DNA of 32,000 bases from Acaryochloris marina MBIC11017. GTDB taxonomy: Bacteria > Cyanobacteriota > Cyanobacteriia > Thermosynechococcales > Thermosynechococcaceae. A program made the position numbers and the translations under genes. The notes beneath the pieces are model-generated. The model did no database searches. It had not been told where the DNA came from and saw only the letters and a program-made list of their open reading frames with translations. This document shows positions 25,936 through 32,000 of this stretch, piece after piece; position 1 is the first letter of the stretch, and every line of letters starts with the position of its first letter. Location: NCBI RefSeq assembly GCF_000018105.1, contig NC_009925.1:1590001-1622000 (forward strand). The letters run 5' to 3'.

Positions 25936-27081
25936 CTACATCTGGGATACGGCTGCGCCTTCAGCCGACAGTTTTTGTACCAAGGCTAATAGTTCTTGAG
26001 GATTAAATGGCTTGGTCAAATAGGCCGTACAACCAGACATCCGGGCTCTCATCCGGTCAATCAGACCTTCTCGACCTGTCAACATCACAACAGGAATTTC
26101 CTTGAGCATATCGACTTGGCGAACCATGCGACACAGCTCATACCCATCCATCTTCGGCATTTCAATGTCCATAAGGATGACGTTGGGTTGTTGCTCAATT
26201 AAGACCGTTAATGCCTGTTTCGGATCCATCAATTGCAGGACTTCAAAGCCTTCTGCCTCTAGGGACAGTTTCACAAATTGTTGAATGGTTTGACTATCAT
26301 CTACACAAGCAACCACGGGGCGAACTTGCTCTTCGATGACTCGATAAGGGTTCAGACTGATGGCTCCAGCCTGAACCATCGGCGCTAAATCAGTCACCAG
26401 AGTCAAGACATCCAAATCTGCCTGGGTGGCTAACTCATAGAAGCAAAGGTCTTGTTCTAATAGATTGACAATATTTTGTAAGTGTCGTCCTTGGCCATTT
26501 TCCTTCCAAGCTAATTTCAAGAATTGATCGGGATCCTCTAAATGAGGCTTTTGGAAGGGAGAGCCAATCACAGCCTGCAGCTGTGCCCATTGATTAATTT
26601 GATCTCGGACCGGTAAAACGAGCTGGCGAAACGGAGCAGAAAGCAATAGTGGATCCAACCCCACATTGGGCTCAAATTCTAAGTAGCCTTGGGGGAGGGC
26701 TAAGAACTGCATTAATGCTTCTTGGGTCAGAATCGCGAGCAGTTTTCGGAAGAAATTTAGGGGTAAATTATTGGCCTGCCAGTACTTGCACAGATAGGAA
26801 TACTCTGACGTATTATTCGGTAGAGGCTCAGACAAATTAAAGTCGGGTAGCTGCTTTTTGAGCACGTAGGGTAATCGCTCGGCATGTCCCATTGTGCTCT
26901 CTGCAAAATGCATTTGCCCACCGCCTAGATACACCCGCCAGCTAATCGACGGATCACGAGAATCAGTGATAGTGATGCGGCCAGACCGTTGCTCAGAGAT
27001 CACTTTCTGTAGCACTTTGGCAGGTGCGACCTGTGGTTTGTCCTGTTGGGTGGGTGTTGGAAGACTGGAGGTATAGGTCAT
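25936..27081 (-). CDS. PatA-type response regulator (N-terminal PATAN/DUF4388-like domain plus C-terminal receiver)
   Basis: The C-terminal REC domain looks canonical (VACVDDS, ILMDIEMP, VVMLTG, YLTKPF). The ~250-aa N-terminal region contains RSGRITITD...WRVYLGGGQMHFAES, typical of PATAN domains. Confidence 0.8.
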   Translation of the reverse strand: MTYTSSLPTPTQQDKPQVAPAKVLQKVISEQRSGRITITDSRDPSISWRVYLGGGQMHFAESTMGHAERLPYVLKKQLPDFNLSEPLPNNTSEYSYLCKYWQANNLPLNFFRKLLAILTQEALMQFLALPQGYLEFEPNVGLDPLLLSAPFRQLVLPVRDQINQWAQLQAVIGSPFQKPHLEDPDQFLKLAWKENGQGRHLQNIVNLLEQDLCFYELATQADLDVLTLVTDLAPMVQAGAISLNPYRVIEEQVRPVVACVDDSQTIQQFVKLSLEAEGFEVLQLMDPKQALTVLIEQQPNVILMDIEMPKMDGYELCRMVRQVDMLKEIPVVMLTGREGLIDRMRARMSGCTAYLTKPFNPQELLALVQKLSAEGAAVSQM

Positions 27082-27413
27082 AAACTAACTGATTTGGTAG
27101 TTAATAGTCAGAGCATTGGCAGTTACCAGCTCAGCAAGATGGCAAGTGGCAGATTTGATCTAGAACAACTTTTTCAGGTACATGCCTTCATTCTTAGGAT
27201 GGACCGTTTAACCCTGAGAACATATGCGTAAAATCACGTATTTTTGCTCTAGGAGCGAATTCTTGGTAACAAATAGCAGCAATATACGGATGATTCTTAG
27301 TATTAGTATGGACTAAAAACCCATCAGAATTTACTTTTGAGTAAAACTTCAAAGAGTAGTCAAAACAAAGTTATTTTGTAGCCTCATTGTCAATTCATTT
27401 CAGGTGTGCGAAC

Positions 27414-29633
27414 CTACTGCGACCTCAGTTTTTCCCTGAGGGCTTGAAATCTTAGATGAACGTCACTCAAGTCATAGGGTTGATGGCCATATCGCCAACT
27501 TACATAAATCTGAGAAATCTCAGTTACGAGGTCAGCGATTGCCCCTTCCCCTTTTTGATGTAACCGATGGGTATATTCAAATGGCGTTTCATGGGGGCGT
27601 TTAGGTACACCTCGATTCGCTAATACATGCAGCATTCGCTGGTATAGCTTTTCCATGGGTGGTAGCGTCGCCAGGCGTCGCCGATAGCGCCACCATTGCC
27701 AGCCTTGAGGAGCCAACCAGCCGAGTACCGCGATACCACTCAGCACCAGTAGTCCTGCCATCCAGCCTTGCCAACCCCCTGTAAAAAATCCTAAGGCTTG
27801 GGCCAACCCTGCACCGATCATGGCGAATATTGCCGTCAATCCATTCATCATCGGTGAGGGTAACCAACCCGCCACCCAGTTCCATAAGGTCTTCAATACC
27901 GAGAAGGTGTAGTCGTCATCTACGGAAGGGGGAACCAAGTCATGGCCGGGAATAGGATCAAAGGTAAACCAACCAAATTGGGGAATGTAGACCTCCGCCA
28001 TCGCAAAGGCATCCACATTTTTCACTTCATATAGCCCCGTGAACGCATTAAATTCCCCAGGGGCAAATCCCATGACTAGGCGTGCGGGGATGCCGATGGA
28101 GCGTAACATCATGGTTAAAGCAGTGGAAAAATGGTCAGGATAGCCCCCTTGATACTTAAATAAGAAGGCACTCACCAAATCTTCTTCTGCCTCAAGCACC
28201 GGCAGATCAGGCTGCAGTGAATAGGTTTGTTTGAGGCTTTGCGCTAAATACAGGGCTTTCTCATAAGCGGAAATGGGAGGACGATTGGCTTTTTCCAAGA
28301 GGGCTTCGGTCTGCTCTTTAATCTGAGACGCAATGCCATCTGGAATTTGAAGATAATGCTGGCGAATAAATTGAGGATACTGGCGGGAGGCTTTTCGTAA
28401 CTGCTTGCGATCTCGATACGGAACATCTGAAATCACCGAGTAGGTTAGCCCATCCTGGAGCTGCACAGGCGACCGAAATCCCCCTTCTGGATCTCGAGCA
28501 ATTTCACGAGTCGGGAAATAGATTTCACGGGCTTGACTAAGGGCTGGAATCAGGTTGGGGAAGCGAGAAACGATGGAATAGGTTTGAATCACTTCTTTGG
28601 TGCGACCCCGCTGGCCGAGTTGAGGCACCACAAACCGATAGGACCACGCTGGTCGGTTCAAGGTTTCGGATTTATCATTGCGAGACATTTGCCAGCCCTG
28701 GCCGGTATATTCGTCAAAGGCTAAGACCCGCCAAAATCCAGGGGCTTGGGACCTCACTCGCATCACAATTTCCGGTTTGAGGACACCTCTCAAATTTTGA
28801 TTAATGCGTTGACTGAACCCGTAATAAAACTGATCATCAAAGATAATCTCTCCCTCCAGATCTTCGCCGTCTTGCCCTGTGCCATCCCAAGTGGCACTAT
28901 CTCCCTGACCATAACCAGGATTAACAATTTGCTGGGCATCAAACTTACCCGGAATATCAATCGCCGCACTCACGGGTAACGTTCTCAACTGGTATCCAGG
29001 TAAGCGGGGCAGCAGGGCAAAAATGACCAATCCCACGGTCACCACGGCGACTAGCATCCTGCCAATCTGGGCGGGGGGCAAGCTCACCGAACGACGTTTG
29101 AGCAGCTTCAAACCTAGACGGGATCGATAATCGAGGATAAGAACGGGTAAGGCGCAAGCAAGAAACAGTAAGAGCCATCCCCCAAACACCATCGTTTCGC
29201 TGACGGTGGCTGCGACTCCAACTAAAATGATGCCAATCACCGCTGAGTACCCCAAATCTTTGCGTCGGGGAAGATCAAAAGCGTGCAGGATTTGAACCTG
29301 AATCAGTAACTCCGTCAACAAGATACGCGAGTCACCTGCTTGGCCCGCTAAACGGTTAAGAAAGACGACCAAAACGAGAATCATGCCAATGGCAATCCCA
29401 CATTTGGCAGCAATATTTCGACGATGCCGTTGTCGCCAACTCCAGGCGGCCCCCATCAAACTCAATGGAATCGCCCATAAACTGTGCCAGCTCCCTGTCG
29501 CCGAATCGGTCGCCAGGATTCCCACACAGACCAGGATTTGCACTCCTAAACGCAGCGCTCTGGAGTCTTCAGGAGGGAGCGACCGAGGCTGTAACCGTTG
29601 ACGCCAAGATTGAGATAAGACAGAACGCTGCAT
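27414..29633 (-). CDS. TgpA-like membrane protein with a transglutaminase-like core lacking the catalytic Cys and His
   Basis: About 6 N-terminal TM segments are followed by a central transglutaminase-like core: GGYPDHFSTALTMMLRSIGIPARLV...DAFAMAEVY...GWFTFDP. C-terminal TM segments and a DUF4129-like tail follow. ATG is at 29633, and the track's TTG start is at 29636. Confidence 0.8.
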   Translation of the reverse strand: MQRSVLSQSWRQRLQPRSLPPEDSRALRLGVQILVCVGILATDSATGSWHSLWAIPLSLMGAAWSWRQRHRRNIAAKCGIAIGMILVLVVFLNRLAGQAGDSRILLTELLIQVQILHAFDLPRRKDLGYSAVIGIILVGVAATVSETMVFGGWLLLFLACALPVLILDYRSRLGLKLLKRRSVSLPPAQIGRMLVAVVTVGLVIFALLPRLPGYQLRTLPVSAAIDIPGKFDAQQIVNPGYGQGDSATWDGTGQDGEDLEGEIIFDDQFYYGFSQRINQNLRGVLKPEIVMRVRSQAPGFWRVLAFDEYTGQGWQMSRNDKSETLNRPAWSYRFVVPQLGQRGRTKEVIQTYSIVSRFPNLIPALSQAREIYFPTREIARDPEGGFRSPVQLQDGLTYSVISDVPYRDRKQLRKASRQYPQFIRQHYLQIPDGIASQIKEQTEALLEKANRPPISAYEKALYLAQSLKQTYSLQPDLPVLEAEEDLVSAFLFKYQGGYPDHFSTALTMMLRSIGIPARLVMGFAPGEFNAFTGLYEVKNVDAFAMAEVYIPQFGWFTFDPIPGHDLVPPSVDDDYTFSVLKTLWNWVAGWLPSPMMNGLTAIFAMIGAGLAQALGFFTGGWQGWMAGLLVLSGIAVLGWLAPQGWQWWRYRRRLATLPPMEKLYQRMLHVLANRGVPKRPHETPFEYTHRLHQKGEGAIADLVTEISQIYVSWRYGHQPYDLSDVHLRFQALREKLRSQ

Positions 29634-29884
29634 CAATTGTTCTCAAGGTAACGGCATCACCCTATGGGGCAGCCTTAGTTTACCCAGCGACCCCTAACAT
29701 ATTCCCTAAACAGAACCTCTCCAATCTAGAAGCCAGGGATGGTGGGTGACCTTAGGAGTACGACCCAGACTGTATTATCAGGCCAAAGATGGGAGCTGCT
29801 CAGGGCGTCCACGTTTCCAAAAGGCCCAAGCCCTACAGTGAACTTCGTTGACAAAGTTTCAACATACTCGTCTCTGACGGGAAA

Positions 29885-30193
29885 CTACACAGCGGCAAAA
29901 TCTAAGAGTTCATCTTCTTGCCTAACTAAAATCGTGCAGTTGGAGCGGGCATAAGCACAGCAGGTCAGCATGAAACCGGCTTCTTCTTCTGCATCGCTCA
30001 AAATAGAGCGATCATGCTCGACTTCACCATCAACAACTTTGCCAACACACGTAATACAAGATCCAGACCGACAAGAGGCGGGAAGTTCTAGGCCTTCTAA
30101 CTCCGCTGCATCGTAAATATACTCATCCGCTGGGACACAAATAGTATTCTCTTCTCCAGTGGTTTCATCTCGAAACGTGACATCGTAAATCAT
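29885..30193 (-). CDS. Plant-type [2Fe-2S] ferredoxin, divergent from PetF
   Basis: 102 aa with the cluster ligand pattern CRSGSCITC...LTCCAYA (Cx4Cx2Cx29C). Confidence 0.9.
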   Translation of the reverse strand: MIYDVTFRDETTGEENTICVPADEYIYDAAELEGLELPASCRSGSCITCVGKVVDGEVEHDRSILSDAEEEAGFMLTCCAYARSNCTILVRQEDELLDFAAV

Positions 30194-30585
30194 TGCTAGT
30201 GCTTATCTCCGCATTAAAATGAATAAGTGCTCTTATTTGGGGAAGACACCACCTCCCCCCTGCCCTGAAGATCGGTAGAAGGCAGGCAACATCTATCAAT
30301 TACTTATTAATTATTCATAAATCTTTACAAATATCCTCAGGAAAAATACTGAACGCCGGAGACTGGAAGAATAGCAGCCTATTGATTGGCTTTGGTATGG
30401 CGGCAATTTGGACGATCCTTGGCTGTTATTCTTCGCTATCGAGGTGACTCAACATCGGACTGAGCCATTCCCGCGGATTCCCATCGCTGAATTGATGGGG
30501 AAGAAGTGAACAGAAACCCTGGATTTCGTGTAAGTTTAGGGTAAGTATTTATGCGTCCATCCACACTCAGGGTAAATTTCTTCTT

Positions 30586-31041
30586 ATGCCACTGCTTGCG
30601 ACCGGGAAAAAATTCATTCGCACCATTGAACAATCGGGCGCCGTTGGCATTTATGTTCCGTCTGAAGGCGGATTTGAAGGTCGCTACAAGCGCCGACTCC
30701 GGGCAACAGGGTATCTGACATTATTTGTATCAGCCCCAGGCATGGGAGATTTAGCCTCTTACTTCACCGATGTCCATGGGGTGCGCCCTCCTCATTTAGG
30801 CAAAAATCAAATTCGCACTTATTTCTTGCCTCCTTTTGTGACGTACCAATTAGAGAATTTGCCGCCCCAAGCCAAGGGCTTAGCCCTATGGCTTTATGAT
30901 GGGAAGCGGTTAGCAAAGCAAGAGCTGGCTTATCTAAGCGCCATTACAGCCTCGGAGCCTCGATTAAAAGTGGTGGTTGAGTTAGGCGGTGCCCGGAGCT
31001 TTGAATGGCAGCCCCTCTCCGATATTGTCGCTGCGGCTTAG
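30586..31041 (+). CDS. ndhN: NAD(P)H-quinone oxidoreductase (NDH-1) subunit N
   Basis: 151 aa. EGGFEGRYKRRLRATGY, HGVRPPHLG and LKVVVELGGARSFEWQPL match cyanobacterial NdhN as I recall it. Confidence 0.9.
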   Translation: MPLLATGKKFIRTIEQSGAVGIYVPSEGGFEGRYKRRLRATGYLTLFVSAPGMGDLASYFTDVHGVRPPHLGKNQIRTYFLPPFVTYQLENLPPQAKGLALWLYDGKRLAKQELAYLSAITASEPRLKVVVELGGARSFEWQPLSDIVAAA

Positions 31042-31119
31042 ATACCTGAATATCCTGACTCCCTTAAGACAAGGCAAAATGTTAACCCAGGGCTAATCAA
31101 TTCAGATTAGGCTGTTAGA

Positions 31120-32000
31120 GTGATTGATTTTGCCTTTCCTCTCCAGTCCCTCCCTCAAGGCAACTGGTTCAAGTTAATTTGTGGAGCCAGTTATCAGCAT
31201 TTGCCCGCTGTCCGTAACCTGGTGTTGGCCTATACTCTGGCAGGAGCCGATTGTATTGATGTCGCGGCTGATCCAGCTGTCATTGCTGTCGCGGAAGATG
31301 CGATCGCAACCGCGCTTCAGCTTTCCCTCACCCATCCTCGTCCCCTGTTGATGGTGAGCCTCAATGCGGGTGAGGATCCGCATTTTCGCAAAGCGACCCT
31401 CCAGCCTGAACAATGTCCTGCTTACTGTCCTCAACCCTGTGTGCAGGTTTGTCCTGCAGATGCGATCGCATTTCCTAGTCCCGGCGTCATGAGCGATCGA
31501 TGTTATGGCTGTGGCCGCTGCTTACCCGTTTGCCCCATTGAGCAAATCGCCACGGTGTCCCACACCGCTAAACCCGACATCGTCGGCCCCTTTATTCAGG
31601 CTGGTGTTGTGCAAGCCTTGGAAATTCACACCCAAGTGGGGCATTTGGCCGAGTTTGAGCAGTTATGGCACACTCTCAAGCCCTTTGTGCCCCATTTACA
31701 GGTCTTAGCAGTGAGCTGTCCTGATAGCGAGGGTCTCCTGGATTATCTGGCGAGTCTCTACCAACTCATGGAGCCGTTACCCTGTCCTCTCATCTGGCAG
31801 ACCGATGGCCGACCCATGAGTGGAGACATTGGAGACGGCACCACCCGAGCAACGGTTCTCTTGGCTGAAAAAGTTTTAAAAGCACAATTACCCGGTTATG
31901 TCCAACTGGCTGGCGGCACAAATCGGCATACTATTGCTAAACTCAAAGCCAAAGGGTTACTGCATCCTCGGTTGATGAGTTCATCCATGACCATTCATGC
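31120..32000 (+). CDS. ldpA: Circadian light/redox input Fe-S protein LdpA, 3' end outside the window
   Basis: This ORF is absent from the ORF track because it has no stop inside the window. The frame is open from GTG 31120 (preceded by an in-frame TAG at 31108) to the window end. It reads WFKLICGASYQHLPAVRNLVLAYTLAGADCIDVAADPAV and carries the Fe-S motifs CPAYCPQPCVQVCP and CYGCGRCLPVCP. Confidence 0.8.
   Translation, partial: MIDFAFPLQSLPQGNWFKLICGASYQHLPAVRNLVLAYTLAGADCIDVAADPAVIAVAEDAIATALQLSLTHPRPLLMVSLNAGEDPHFRKATLQPEQCPAYCPQPCVQVCPADAIAFPSPGVMSDRCYGCGRCLPVCPIEQIATVSHTAKPDIVGPFIQAGVVQALEIHTQVGHLAEFEQLWHTLKPFVPHLQVLAVSCPDSEGLLDYLASLYQLMEPLPCPLIWQTDGRPMSGDIGDGTTRATVLLAEKVLKAQLPGYVQLAGGTNRHTIAKLKAKGLLHPRLMSSSMTIH

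Noticed and set aside
25928-25938. CTTGAACACTA is the reverse complement of TAGTGTTCAAG. It shares 9 nt with the IS630 left inverted repeat and abuts the stop codon of the PatA-type gene, suggesting a solo IR or MITE remnant.
   Set aside because: No partner inverted repeat is present in the 151-bp spacer. Similarity decays after 9 nt. A specific 9-mer is expected about 0.2 times by chance on both strands of this window.
30290-30325. An AT-rich stretch, ATCAATTACTTATTAATTATTCATAAATC, lies upstream of the ferredoxin gene and resembles a Fur/iron box.
   Set aside because: It matches the consensus hexamers only loosely. The whole spacer is AT-rich. I cannot score it without a position weight matrix.
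30374-30441. A short open frame encodes a single hydrophobic segment (...LLIGFGMAAIWTILGCYSSLSR) in the fdx-ndhN spacer.
   Set aside because: Only an internal ATG gives a 16-aa peptide, and there is no SD. I recognise no similarity to small photosynthetic or NDH subunits.
31174-31708. Two ORFs, 31174-31434 (minus) and 31505-31708 (plus), are listed in the ORF track.
   Set aside because: Both lie inside the open ldpA frame (31120 onward). That frame has clear Fe-S motifs and family-typical sequence, while these two frames show no motifs.

Overview
This is a cyanobacterial chromosomal segment. The HIP1 octamer GCGATCGC occurs 14 times where about 0.5 is expected by chance, and psaK, ndhN and ldpA are present. 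I cannot assign a genus from sequence alone. I call about 30 protein-coding genes, most of them core functions: acnB, trpF, pyrD, secG, gpmI, ppsA, psaK, ndhN, ldpA (3' end truncated by the window), a plant-type ferredoxin and a universal stress protein. I found no rRNA, tRNA or CRISPR array. Accessory or unusual content: (1) a tightly coupled cupin / enoyl-CoA hydratase / luciferase-like oxidoreductase / SDR cluster at 1-3599. (2) An AT-rich islet at about 3.6-7.7 kb. It carries an orphan small protein, a secreted protein with a ~100-aa arginine/aromatic polycationic tract fused to a BON domain, a DUF2809-like pseudogene with two in-frame amber codons, and a Cys-less molybdopterin-oxidoreductase-fold lipoprotein coupled to a membrane diguanylate cyclase. 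(3) One apparently intact IS630-family element with an A8 frameshift site, inserted on the TA of a neighbouring gene's stop codon. (4) Signalling proteins with degenerate catalytic sites: a REC-GGDEF protein whose A-site reads GGGKI, and a TgpA-like transglutaminase lacking the catalytic Cys and His. I found no recognisable defence system, toxin-antitoxin pair, prophage or biosynthetic megacluster. The polycationic BON protein and its islet are the items I could least explain. All family assignments come from motif recognition by eye and need HMM or BLAST confirmation.
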